NCBI GenBank assembly: GCA_017654855.1
Contig: CM030332.1
Span: 3,224,001 to 3,288,000 of the forward strand
Source: Podospora anserina
Taxonomy: Eukaryota
DNA: 64,000 bases
Reading direction: 5' to 3'
Positions 1-12,318 of the stretch are shown piece after piece. Numbering within the stretch: the stretch's first letter is position 1; each line of letters begins with the position of its first letter. A program made the translations under genes and the position numbers. The notes under the pieces were generated by a model. The model ran no database searches, had not been told where the DNA came from, and saw only the letters and a program-made list of their open reading frames with translations.

Positions 1-1
1 T

Positions 2-256
<255 letters not shown>

Positions 257-672
257 GTGATGAAACCTTGGCTTGAAAGAGGAAGTGTGAATGTCTTTAT
301 GGCTGGTTTGGGTCATTTGGCATAGGGAAAGGAAGGGGGTGTCACGGCGTTTAATAGCTCAGGCGGGGCTGCGAATACACAAAACACATTTAATAAGGGA
401 TATGATCTGATTGAAAATGGTTGTGTTTTTCCTTCGGGGTTTTAGATCGGTAGCTTCTTCTTCTTCGTCGTCGTCGTCGTCGTCGTCGTCGTCCTCAGTT
501 GAGCAGCCTATCGCCAGGCCTAGCCTTTAATTTCTCGGCTCTTTAGCAGAGAGAGAAAGAGAGAGAGAGTGAGAGTCGAATAATACAAATCGTCGCTTCC
601 AAACCATCTTACCACTTTCCAATCCCTAGTTGCTGTAACTCTTCGTATTATCTGTGAACTATTTCATCATGT

Positions 673-1812
673 CTACGTCGGCCTCCAAGACCGAATCGCC
701 CCATCCTCACCCCCCGTGATAACCAACTGCTGCTCGTCATAAAAAACAAAACTCCTCACCAACTCCTGCCCGTGCGCCCCCGGCAGAGCAACCACGCTCT
801 CCCTATCCAACCCCCACTGCCCGTTCCCTCCCTTGGCGAGATGAACGAGTTGAAACAGTTCTTGACTATATAGTTTTCCCACGTTAGCACACTCCCCATA
901 CCTACAGCCCCAAGGTATGTACTTACTCCTGCGCCCCCACCCCAACAACCGCCCCATTATTACCCCCAAGTTTCGGGACCACATTCGCCAGATACTGACA
1001 CCCCACCGCCTCTCGTATATCCCCCATATCCAAGACTGCCGCCCCCTTTTCAATGGTGCCGTCCGACATGTCGTAGATGGCGAACTTTTCGTCGTGGGAG
1101 GCGGCGTAGATTTCAGAGGACTGATTGAGGAAGCCGGCGTGGTGGACGGAGCCGTGGTTGAAGGTTGTGATGACGAGGTCGTCTTCGTCGGTGATGAGGG
1201 TGTCGCTTATCGAGAGGAGGCCGTCGGTCGAGCCGGAGAGGAGGAGGTTGGGGGTTGTTGGGTGGAAGGTGAGTTCGGTTATGTCGTCGGAGTGGATTTC
1301 GGTGTAGGTGATCTTGGGGGAGGACGGAGAAGAGCGGAGGTCCCAGAGGAGGATGGAGGCTTGGTGGTTGGCTAGTTCGGTGCCGGCGGCGAGGGTGTGG
1401 GTGGGGTTGGAACAGGCTAGGGAGAGGATGGGGATGGGGTCGGTGTTGCCTTGTATATGGTTAGTGATATGTTTAGACGGGAGGAAGAAGGTGGGTGAGA
1501 GAGAGACTTACCTCGTATTTGCATGGCGGGTTTGATGGGATTTATCCTGAAATCCCAGATGGAGACGGTGCCATTCTCACCTGCGGTGCAGACTATCGAC
1601 TCGGCGGGATCGTATACTTTGGCACAGGTGAGGTTCCCATGATCGGTTGTGATTTGCTTGAGAGGGCCGGCGTTGAGTCTTGTGGGGTCGAAGAGACTGA
1701 GGGTTTGGTCTGAAGCAATGGCTGCGAGGCCGGCAGCTATGGGGAGAATTTCCAGAACATAAGTGTCTGGTTTGGGGTATTTGTAGCCGTCCACGGCCGT
1801 GAGTTGGTACAT
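673..1812 (-). CDS. WD40-repeat protein, WDR89-like; 3 exons (1812-1512, 1449-927, 865-673)
   Basis: Spliced reading gives VCTAGENGTVSIWDFR, LAAGTELANHQASILLWDLR, HSDDITELTFHP..LLSGSTDGL and LVITGGEDGAIRSW. Both introns are GTAAGT..CTAA..AG. Confidence 0.8.
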
Positions 1813-2321
1813 TTTGAGGTTGAGCTTTGTATCCGGGGTGCCTGTGAGCAGTGTATGTAAGTGAGTGAGACCAAAAAAGAAATTTAGTCAGGTTGCAAAA
1901 GCTTGGGTGAGAGGTTGTGTGAGAGTCCAATTTTCTGTTTGCAGAACCTACAAGATGAAAATATGTATTCAATGACCTTATTCTAACACGATATTCTCAA
2001 TAAAATCATAAAAAGTCAAATGAGAACTCAAATTGTTTGATATCTTTGAAGAAGTATACCTGCTGGGGAAAGTGACTTGCAGCAAATGAACCGGCTTGGC
2101 AGCTGGCGCCACCTGGGCCGCATCTTCAAGGGCAGCTTACATGGCCCTTGTCACAACGGGAGCTGTTATGGATCTGGACAGCTTACCTACAATCAACACT
2201 GACAACATCATTCAGACCACTTTTCGCCAAACCAAGTTGGTCGATCCCGAATTTCGACTTTCTGGGCGAGCCATGACATGACAGACTCTTTCCATATCAC
2301 TTTCACCACTACCAACCCACC

Positions 2322-5040
2322 ATGAGGCGGTACTTTCTGTGGTTATTCCGTGAGCCAACCCATCACAACTAGAGATGTCGCAAAGACGCCCACCGTAGCC
2401 CACTAACACACGTCACTTGCAGTGCTCTTGCAGGCCCTCGCTTTCTCCTACGCCGAAGCGCAAGCCGATCAACATGTCCTCACCGGCGATTCAGCAAAGC
2501 CAAAACAAGCAGACGACGATGGATTCCGCCCAGATATGGCTTCGGCCCCAAGCGGAGGGCAACAGCCTGGTATGGATAGTTGGACATACAAGGGGGCCAA
2601 GAACCAAGAGACCACTGACAAGCAACCAGGCGCCGAACTCGTCCACTCCGCCATGACCGAACTACGAAAGCTATACCAGCCATTACATCACAAAGCAAAG
2701 AGACACCAGGGCGTTGTCAGCTTGATCCTGAACTTCGCTCTCAAAGCCGTCCCAACACTGCGGCTCACCGCACCCCCGGCCGAGACGTCGCAACCCACCC
2801 CGAGTCTCAGCGGACCGCTCCTACATGCATCCAAACTCCTCAATGAAGCTGCACGACAGAACAACTCGGACGCCCTGTACATTCTGGCCGAGATGAACTT
2901 CTATGGCAACTTTTCACACCCAAGGAACTTTAAGGAGGCCTTCGACAACTACCACAAGCTGGCACTGCTCAATGGGAACAACTCGGCCTTGTACATGATG
3001 GGGCTCATGTATTCGACTGGAATTGGTGGTGCTGTGGAGGCAGACCAGGCCCGGGCACTCCTGTACTACACGTTCGCTGCGAATAGGGGTCACACGAGAG
3101 CGCAAATGTCACTGGCTTATCGACACCACGCAGGCATTGGGACACCGAAGAACTGTGACGTCGCTGTCAAGTACTACAAACAGGTTGCCGACAAGGTCAT
3201 TGCGTGGTATCGGTCAGGACCGCCGGGCGGGATGCGCTGGGTCGATGAAGCACACAGGATTGCCGACGAACTTGGAGGAGTGTATGGCGAAGGCGCCAGC
3301 GCGTACAGTGCCGGAAGGGAAAGTGTCCAGAAGTCGCCCGACTCTTATGCTTCGATCGAGGATATCATTGAGTATCTCAACCTGATGTCCGAAAAGGGCG
3401 ACTTTAAAGCATCGTTCAACCTGGGTAGAATCTACTACGAGGGGCAGAGAGGCCACGAGATCAACTTGGCCGAGGCAAAGAGGTATTTCTATGAGGTTGC
3501 GCAGCAATACTGGGTTAAGGGCCAACAAGTCCAGAATCCCAAACCTGGGCTCGATAAGTATGCAGCCAAGGCGGCTGGATACATTGGACGTATGTATATG
3601 CGTGGAGAGGGCGTTGACCAGAACTTCATCCGAGCCAAGTACTGGTTCGAACGGGGCTCTTATCTCAAGGACTCCCAGTCACAGTACAGTCTCGGCCTGC
3701 TATACCTCAATGGATATGGAGTGCCTGTGGACGTCCCCAAAGCTACGGAATACTTCAAGGCGGCCGCGATGCAGGACTACCCCTATGCCGAAGTGGCGCT
3801 AGGTGCTCTTCATCTTGACCAAGGCGGTACCGATGACCTGGCGGCGGCCAACCACTACTTTGAACTTGCTGCCCGGTGGGCCAGCATCGAGTCATATTAC
3901 TATCTCGGCGAGCTCAACCTTCTTGGGGTTGGCCGTGAGAAGTCGTGCAGCGCTGCGTTGGGTTATTTCAAGAGCGTGTCTGAAAGGGCTGAGCCTTTTG
4001 TGTCCTCCTGGGCCGAGGCTAACCTGGCCTATGACGACGGCGACGAAGAACTTGCTCTGCTTGAGTATCTTGGCGCCGCTGAGCAGGGCTATGAAAAGGC
4101 ACAGAACAACGTTGCATTTATGCTCGACCCTGAGCAATCACTCCTGGAGATCCCACAGTGGCTTTACCGTAGGGCTGTCAAGTCGCCCCTTCTTCGAAAC
4201 CCCCGTCTCGCCCTGACGTACTGGACTCGCTCCGCCCGCCAGGGCAATATTGATTCTCTGGTCAAGATGGGGGATTACTATCTTCATGGGATCGGGGCAG
4301 AGCCAGATGTGGATAAGGCCCTGCAGTGCTACCAGGGCGCGTCGGAATACCAGCAGAGCGCGCAAGCCATGTACAACCTGGGCTGGATGCACGAGCACGG
4401 GGTCGGTCTCCAGCAGGACTACCACTTGGCCAAGAGACACTACGACGCAGCGTATGAGATCAATGAGGAGGCGTATTTGCCGGTGTCGTTGAGCTTGTTG
4501 AAGTTGAGGGCGAAGAGTGCGTGGAATACGTTCACTAACGGGGCGATCAACAGCATCAGGGATGAGCCAGGTATGGACTACCTTTTTCTTTTACTATCGT
4601 TTGAACATCCAAAGCTAACATGCTGTGATACAGTCGAGAAGAAGCACTGGTCACTCCGTGAGTGGATCAACAACTTCCTCCAAGAGGAGAATGCAGCGGG
4701 GCAGTTGTATGATGACTATTACTCGGACGAGTACTATGATGAGGCCGCCGCCGGTCAGACCAGTGCCGGTCAGATGCCCGGGGGTGATGGGCCAGACTTT
4801 GACGAGGATGGTGTGCTAGATAGCTTGATCATCATGGGCTTGGTTGTTTCACTGGCGTTCTTGTTGTTTTACCGGGCGCAGAGACAGCAGAGGCAGGAGG
4901 AGGCGAGGCGGAGAGAGCAGGAGGGTGGGAACATTCAACCGCAACAACAACCGCCACTTGCGGGTGCGGCCCAAGCACCATTTCCTCAGCTTGGGCAGCC
5001 GGGGTTTGGGGGATGGGGGGCAGGGGGGGTTGGTCATTGA
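2322..5040 (+). CDS. HRD3: ERAD ubiquitin ligase component Hrd3/SEL1L; exons 2322-2349, 2423-4570, 4634-5040
   Basis: Signal peptide MRRYFLWLFLLLQALAFSYA is formed after splicing intron 2350-2422. Multiple SEL1 repeats, AEQGYEKAQNNVAF, LVKMGDYY, QDYHLAKRHYD and a C-terminal TM helix follow. Confidence 0.92.
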
Positions 5041-5464
5041 CTCGCGAGGGACTGGTAGTCCCAGGTTTGAAAGAATATCATTAGGGTGATATAGGTGAAG
5101 TATGGAAGGGATTGAATCATGTGTATCATAAGGGCACAGCTGCAAAAAGGCATTGAGCGAGGCGTATTTCTAGGGTGGCTTTGGTGATTTTTGTTTCTTG
5201 GTAGTTGGTAATAGAGAATTTGCTGTTTCATAGCCAACACCAATCATAAGATCAAGGTTTCGAGGGGTAGATGGTGGTTGAACAAGGGAGATAACCCCAA
5301 CCCCAACCCCAGACTTTGGCAGTTGCAGTGTAACCCTGCCACATGGAATCTCCCATCTATCATCACCTGTCACTCACTCACTCACACCATCTTTCTTCAC
5401 TCTCTCGCCAAACTACTTTTTTATTATTAAATCATAATTCGTTAATCCCCCTATCTCTTGTATG

Positions 5465-5938
5465 CTAATAACTCATCCCGAACTCCAACCCCTTTCCTTC
5501 CCACCTCCCCCACCGTTCTTTACCCTCTTCGCCCAACCCCATGATTACAGGCATGGAGATAACCCCAGCCATGACCCACCCCCCGAGACCCTTTAACCCC
5601 CCATATCCCATCTCGTACTCCAACCCGGAGAGCAGTTCCTCCATTAGGAAGATTATCATTCCTGCTAGGAGGCCAACTGCGGCCCTGAAGCCAATTGCGG
5701 GGGGGACTTGGAACCGGTGGGTGAGGTAGCGTGTCCAGAGGGCTGCTGATACGAGGGTTGTGATGGGGGAGGAGGGGAGGGGGGAGAGGATGAGGTGGGA
5801 AAGGAGGGTTAGGAGGGCGTAGAGGAGGGTGAGGCGGATAGCGTAACAGGCGAGGAGGAGGTCCCAGAGGATGGGGATGGGGGAGTCGGAGAGGGGTTCG
5901 AAGTGGAGGATGGGGTGGTGTTTGGTTGTCGGTTTCAT
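5465..5938 (-). CDS. Hypothetical small multi-pass membrane protein (157 aa)
   Basis: ATG in CACCATG context, several hydrophobic segments, and the same C-rich to G-rich codon gradient as neighbouring genes. Confidence 0.6.
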   Translation of the reverse strand: MKPTTKHHPILHFEPLSDSPIPILWDLLLACYAIRLTLLYALLTLLSHLILSPLPSSPITTLVSAALWTRYLTHRFQVPPAIGFRAAVGLLAGMIIFLMEELLSGLEYEMGYGGLKGLGGWVMAGVISMPVIMGLGEEGKERWGRWEGKGLEFGMSY

Positions 5939-6914
5939 GGTGGTAAAGGAGCAGGATGGTTGTGCTCAGTAGAGGTTGTTGCGAGCAGTGGTTTGGTGTG
6001 CTCGAGGTAGGTTGTTGAGAAGTGTAGAGCAGATGCGTGGTTTGTTCAAAGTTGATTTGTTGTGTGTGATTGGACTGAGAGCGATGGTTTGGTGTGCTCA
6101 AGGTAGGTGTTGTAGAGAAGCAGTGATATGTCGTATGCTCAAGATTGTGTGGTGGTTTCTTGCGATAATGTTGTGCAAGGTAGGCGTGTGTATAAGTGGT
6201 GTTGTGTAGGTAAAGCTGTCAGTCTTGTCGACGACAGCAGTGATAAATAATACTCGACAATAATGCCTAATCCAATAAATTGTTCTTTTTGCTTGACCGA
6301 AGCCCCCAGCCGCAAACGAGAAAAAAAATTGCCTTGGGGGTATTTATCAACGAAGGATTCATTCACCCTCCCAAAATGTCGCTGGGAGGCTCAGACTACA
6401 TTGGTGGTATGACTGCGCATCTGACCGGCACACCACCACCGACTCGAACCACGATCACTCCATCCAAAAAGCAGCACATTTCAAACCTGCCGGCACACAC
6501 ACACACATAGACGATAAGACTTTCGTATGTCTCCTGTCATTCTCGGTGCACGGTTTTGGTTATGGGCATGATGTTTTGCATCATGAGACCAGGAGGTCCA
6601 AACACCATCAACAGGCATCCAGCCAGTATCTCATCTGGGACACCCAATCCCCACCCAATAAAGAATCCATTCAATAAAGGGGTTTGTATTGTATACCTAA
6701 ACTCTACCCTCAGACAGTACTGCCAGACAAGAACAAACGCTTCAATTCTAGTGTAACAAACCATCCCAATTGCCTCCCATTTGTCAAGACCAACAATCTT
6801 CTCCTCTTCGGGTATCGTGGTAAATCATGGGCAAAAACAGCACCTCGTCTAGAGGTCAATACTCCTTTATTTCTTTCTGTTTTGTTTTTGTTTTTGTTTA
6901 TTACCCCCCCAGGC

Positions 6915-8247
6915 CTAGATCGTAGCCTTGGAGAGCTTGCTCGCCAACTCGTCCACCTCCTTGTCCTTGAGCTGGACGACTGGCTCCTCCTGAGCCTCCT
7001 CGGCCTCCTTGATGAGCTTCTCGGCCCGCTCCTCAACCTCCTCTTCCTCTTCCTCCTCTTCTTCCTCCTCATCAGAATCCAGCTCCTCGAGATCGCTCAG
7101 GCTGTCAAGACCCCAGTCGTCCTCAACGACAATGTCGCCGCCAAACTTCTCCTTGCGCTCCTCCAACAGCTCCTGCAGGAGGATAACCGACTCGTCGTCC
7201 TCGGTGAACTTGTTGCCGTTGAGCTCAATCTTCTTGAGCGCGGGGAGAGCCTCCTTCGCAGCCTCGGCAAGGCTCTTGAGACCAGCGGCGGTGATGTCGT
7301 TGTACTGCAGGCGCAGAATCTCGAGGTTCCTATTCTTGCCCTGAGCGAGGGACTCGCCCAAAAGCACACTGCCCTTGGCACTGAGAAGAGAGTCGCCGAC
7401 GCCCAACTCGAGAAGCTCAGTCCAGCCGGGCGCAACCTTGGCCAGAGCCTTGGCGCCCTTCAAGGTGAATGTGTTGTCCTGGAGGTCCAGCACTCTGAGC
7501 TCCGAAGTGTGACGCAGACCCTCGCTAAGCAGATACGAAATACCCTCTTGCCTAATGCCGTTCTGAACCATCTTGATTTCCTTGACCTTGTTGTGCAGGC
7601 TGAAAGTCTTGGCCCAGGCGGTCATGCTGCCGTTTTCCAACCGGTTGCGACCGCAGATGACTGTCTCGAGGTCGGGCACATCTTGTCCTTGCTTGCGCGC
7701 CTCCTCCTTCTTTGCGTGGAGCTCCGAGAGCGCATCGGCGATCAGGATACCGGCGTGGGGGCCCAGGCCGTTGTTGTTGAGGTAGAGGTGCTGCAAGGGG
7801 ACGTGTGCGGCGAGGAAGGCGACGAGTGGCGCTTGTGTGTTGAGGCCAAAAGCGTTGTCGTTGAGGTTGATGGTGTTGAGCTTGGGGAGGTTCAGGATGG
7901 AGGTAAGGAGGGAGGAAAGGGCCTCTGGGATTTCGTTGAGAAGGCGACCGGTGAAGATATCGGCGAGGTTGGCAACCTGAGTCGCGAGTGGTTAGTTCAG
8001 TCACCTGGGGCTGGCGAGTAAGCAACAAAGGAGGTGGAAGAAGGAGACATACGCGCAATGTTTTCTTGGTCGCAAGCACCTCTCCAAGCAGTTTGCATGC
8101 GCCGACACCGAGTGTGTTACCAAGCAGATGGACCTCCTCGACATCTTCCATGGCGCGAAGCTCGGCGATATGGGGCTCCAGGTCCTCGGCCGTGTCCAGC
8201 TTCAGACCTTTCCCCTCGAGGGAGAAGACCTTGGTGGTGGGGGCCAT
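6915..8247 (-). CDS. RNA1: Ran GTPase-activating protein (LRR plus acidic tail); exons 8247-8053, 7976-6915
   Basis: MAPTTKVFSLEGKGLKLDT, GNTLGVGAC, ADIFTGRL, CGRNRLENGS, LDLQDNTFT, LRLQYNDI and a poly-Glu tail. Confidence 0.95.
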
Positions 8248-9049
8248 GTTTGTATATTGAATCCTGAATCTGACGATGAAGAGCAAAGAATGAAGAACGT
8301 GAACTTGAGGTGGTAGGCTATTGCAAGAGGTGCAAGGTTTGGCTCTATGTCGGGTAAGTCGTAAGGGCACGCGTATCTAGGTGGTGGATGGCTGCAGGAG
8401 CGAGTCTTTGCTTTGGGTTGGTACATATAAAAACAGCGATGGTGGGGGAGGGGCAGAGGGGTAAACAAGCTGAGAAAAGTCCCTGCGTTCCAGATTGTTT
8501 TGGGCGCCAACCAAGCAGTGCCAGTGGCAACCATCTGTTGCGTGCGCACCGTGTGCCTGGGAGGTGGCCTTGAGTGACCAGCTGTCAGCCGGCTGCCGGG
8601 AGCTCATGTCATTCCCGTCACCGTCCCCGCCCCTGCGACTTGCATGTCACTGTTGCTGATCGGCGGCAGACACGCTCCTGCTGCTGCGGCAGGCAGAGCA
8701 GAGCAGAGCACGGGTGCTGGCACTCAACCAGCATCCTGCCGTCCATTGAATGTTTTGCGCCGTCCACGATTGTTCCCCCAAACCTAATAATTCTGACTTT
8801 TCAACAATTCTCTTCACTTTTTAATATCCTTCAGCAGAGCCAACGCCACGTATCATTAGACTGCGACGCGGATGAGCTTATATTGCTGAGAATTAACTTA
8901 TAAAAGGGAGCACAGAACACCAGGGTATACTTCATCCATATCCATCTCAACACGACCATAATCAAACCGCACCCACAACAACCAATCTACCTATCGTCCG
9001 ATCCATCAATATCCCAACTCGCTCTTGCCTTGCCACAGAGCCGATAAAA

Positions 9050-10163
9050 ATGGCGCGATTGAGCAGCCCGATCGACGACGACTCGGGCTCTCCCCTCTCT
9101 TCCATGGATTCCACCGACAACGAGTTTCCAGATCGCGACGCCCCCGAAGACATCATGGAAGACGCACCACCAACCAAACGGCTCAAGACGGCCACTGGCT
9201 CGGTAGCCTCGCCAGCATTTCACAAGGAGGCCAGCGTCGACCCAGACATTGATACTGTATCGCAAGTCTCCTCCGACACCGATGGCGACGTGCCAAACTC
9301 GCCCATCAATGCGCGCCAAGAGGAGGAAGAGTATGCGGAACAGGTCACCATCTGCCATTGGGAGGGCTGCAAGGCTGGCGACCAGGGCAACATGGACAAT
9401 CTGGTCGAACACATCCACAGCGATCATATCGAGACTCGAGCAAAGAAGTATACCTGTGAATGGATTGGATGTACTAGGAAGGGAATGGCCCATGCCAGTG
9501 GTTACGCTCTCAAAGCTCACATGCGAAGTCACACCAGGGAAAAGCCATTTTACTGCTATCTTCCAGGTAGGCTCTGCAAAACAGCTGCTCTGCATCGTGA
9601 TGATTGGTACTAACTACTGCCTCCCAGAGTGTGATCGCGCCTTCACCCGCTCCGACGCCCTGGCCAAGCACATGCGAACAGTCCACCAGACAGAAGACCT
9701 CCGACCCTCAGATCCCGTCTCGAAGGCCCACCAAACCACGGGCAAGTCGAGCAAGAACCTCCGTATCATTCTCAAGACACCACAATCGCACGCTGCCGGC
9801 CAGGATGACGCGGTAGATGACAGCGATGTTCCCTACGAAGACTCCGAGGACATGCTCACACCCTTGGACGAAGAGCTGTTTAGTCCCGAGGAGATTGCTA
9901 TGCCACGTGAGAAGCTATTCCAGCTAACTAAACTTCAGCTAAAGTGGGCCGAGGAAGAAGGGAAGCGGCTCGAGGCTGAGCTCAAGGAAGTCGGTGAACT
10001 TTACAAACAGGAGTGGCTGGAGAAGGAGGTTCTTCTGGAGCAGGTCATACGGAGCGAGAAGGACTGGTTTGCTCGTAAACAGGCAGTGTTGTCGGGAGAG
10101 GCGGACGTGGTGTTGACGGCTCCTGAAGCCGCCGCAAATTCTGTCGAGGATGCGCAAAACTAG
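9050..10163 (+). CDS. C2H2 zinc-finger protein, INO80 subunit Iec1/YY1-like; exons 9050-9566, 9628-10163 (350 aa to first stop)
   Basis: CHWEGC..HIHSDH, CEWIGC..ALKAHMRSHTREKPFYCYLPECDRAFTRSDALAKHMRTVH, then a coiled coil. TATAAAA at about 8899. Confidence 0.8.
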
Positions 10164-10637
10164 TCTACGGGCGCTCAAGATCAGCTTTTGGACGCGTCTT
10201 CTGTACCTTTGGATATCCAAGGACCCCCTTCTTCCGACAATGCTTCGGATCAATCCCCTTCTTCCAACAACGCCTCAAATCAATATGTACATTTGACTTT
10301 TCGATCCTGCGATGTCAGCGAGACGTATTTGGCCACCGCTGAAAACACTGCTGAGGCTGAAGTCGTCTGTTTGAAGCTGCGCATACCTTTTTTCGCCGCG
10401 CCTTACGTATGTCGATTCAAGAACTGTGAGAGGTCTGAAACGCCTTACATCAGTTATCGAGGTCTCCATAGTCACTACTCTTGGGTGCACAAGTCCAAAG
10501 ATGCAGGCGGCAATCCTATTTCACAGTCTGTTACTTGTCCGGTGAAAACTTGCCCCCGGTCTGAGGAGGCGATCAAAACTATGGATTACCTTTGGATTCA
10601 TCTCGAGAAGCGGCACAATGTTTCGTACCCCGCCTGA
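10164..10637 (+). CDS. In-frame C-terminal extension of the Iec1-like gene beyond TAG 10161-10163, with two further C2H2 fingers
   Basis: Same frame and stop-free for 157 codons. Contains CRFKNC-x15-HYSWVH and CPVKTC-x15-HLEKRH. No ATG precedes the fingers. Confidence 0.7.
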   Translation, partial: STGAQDQLLDASSVPLDIQGPPSSDNASDQSPSSNNASNQYVHLTFRSCDVSETYLATAENTAEAEVVCLKLRIPFFAAPYVCRFKNCERSETPYISYRGLHSHYSWVHKSKDAGGNPISQSVTCPVKTCPRSEEAIKTMDYLWIHLEKRHNVSYPA

Positions 10638-11129
10638 CGGTTCGACTGGGGATGGGAAATGTGGTCCGGGACAAGCGTTGTAGGTAGAGTCACTTGACAA
10701 GATAAAATCAAATGCTTCTTGGGCATCTCTTAAGAGGCATATCAATGCATATTTAGCGCCTGTTTGCTATCTTTCAAGGCCCATTGACTATCTTTTTGAG
10801 TGCGTGTGTGTGTTGAGTGTTTGAAGGTCTAGCTATTAACTATCCTATGCCTGCTAACAATCCTCAAAGGCCTGCTTAATTTTCTTTGCAGGTTTAAATA
10901 ATTACTTTTCAAAAAACCCGTGGGCTGGCTACCTATCTTTGAAGGTACCTATTTCCCCGTGGCATTATCTCTATTTTCTTCTGTCCATGACATGCGAGAG
11001 CATTATAGACTATAACCACAAAACATGCCATTTTACACCTCTTATGACACACACACACACACACACACACACAAGGTTTTTTTTTCTATGTCCAATGTCC
11101 AACCCTTTCCTCGTCCTCATCCTGAGGCC

Positions 11130-11735
11130 TCAACCCGACTTCTTCTTCTTCTTCCTATCCGCCTCTTTATTCCTGAAAGGCCACCCGCTAGTAGCCTTAT
11201 CCGCCCCGGTCCGCCTGCTCAGTCTTTTCCCATCTCCGAATAGGAGGACGTAGAGCCCTACGCAAGCGAGGAAACTGCTTGCTAGACAGCCCAAGAGGTG
11301 GATCGGTTGGGAGGTGCGGGGGGTGGTGTACCGGGTGTAGGAGTATACCCCCGTGGCGGAGTGGTATAGTGTTGTGATGAGGACTGCGGCGGAGGAGTAA
11401 GGGGATGGGGAAGGGCTCAAGGGGAGGAGGCCGGAGAGGGCGAGGAGGAGGGCGGCGAGGGTTAGGTTTGTTAGGGCGAGGGTGCGGGCGAGGTAGGTTG
11501 AGACGAGATCGGAAGAGGAGGGGGGGTAGTAGTTTGGGGGCGTGAGAAGGGTTGTTGTTAGAGAGGGCCAGAGGAGGAGGGGGAGGGATTGGAGGAGGAG
11601 GTAGAGGAGAGTGGTGAGGTGGAGGAAGGTGGTTGACTTGGTGAGCATTGGGTTAGTTTGTGTGATGGATTATAATTGTAGGGGGGGTTTGGTGAGTAGG
11701 GAACTTACGTCCATTTCGGAGGGTGAGGTGTCCAT
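11130..11735 (-). CDS. Small fungal multi-pass membrane protein; exons 11735-11709, 11636-11130
   Basis: GTAAGT/CTAAC/AAG intron, four hydrophobic segments, and C-terminal RRTGADKATSGWPFRN plus a basic tail. Confidence 0.75.
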
Positions 11736-12318
11736 TTTGGCCGTTCTTCCAAATGGTTTCAGAACAAAAGAATTGTATGTGAGAATTAGACTGTGAAAGT
11801 GAGTTCCTTGTATCGTGGTGTTGAAGCTCTACATAATGTGTGTAAGTACCCTTGTATCCCCGCTACGTCATATCGCAATGGCACCCCAGTGATTGGCACA
11901 GTGCGCGACGCCGAGGAGACGGGCGGGGCTCCTGGCGGGTAGCGGGGCGCCCGCTCAACCGCCACCGGGGGAGCCGATGTCGCATTTTCGCAGTTTTGGT
12001 TTGGAGCAAGCGCATTTCAAAGCAAAAGAGTCACTGAATTTACAAATTGTGCATCTCCGGGAGTGGGCTTGAGATAGGAACTTGGGGATTATCTTGGCTC
12101 TGGGTGTTCGCTGTCTTCTTTTAGACTCAGCTCTCTTTCTTTCCAACCTATACTGGAGCTACACTGAAGTCAACTGGAGGCATTGCTTGCGACAAGATCT
12201 ATTCACGACGACACCTTTGACATCTGATCGTGGGGTAAACAGCCCCTCCATCGATCGGCCCCTCGACAACCACACCTCGAGTCTGAGCTCTTTTTAACTT
12301 CCACAGCCGGCCGTCACA

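Noticed and set aside
6684-8021. 445-aa + strand ORF
   Set aside because: Antisense shadow of RNA1 caused by codon bias; no recognisable motifs.
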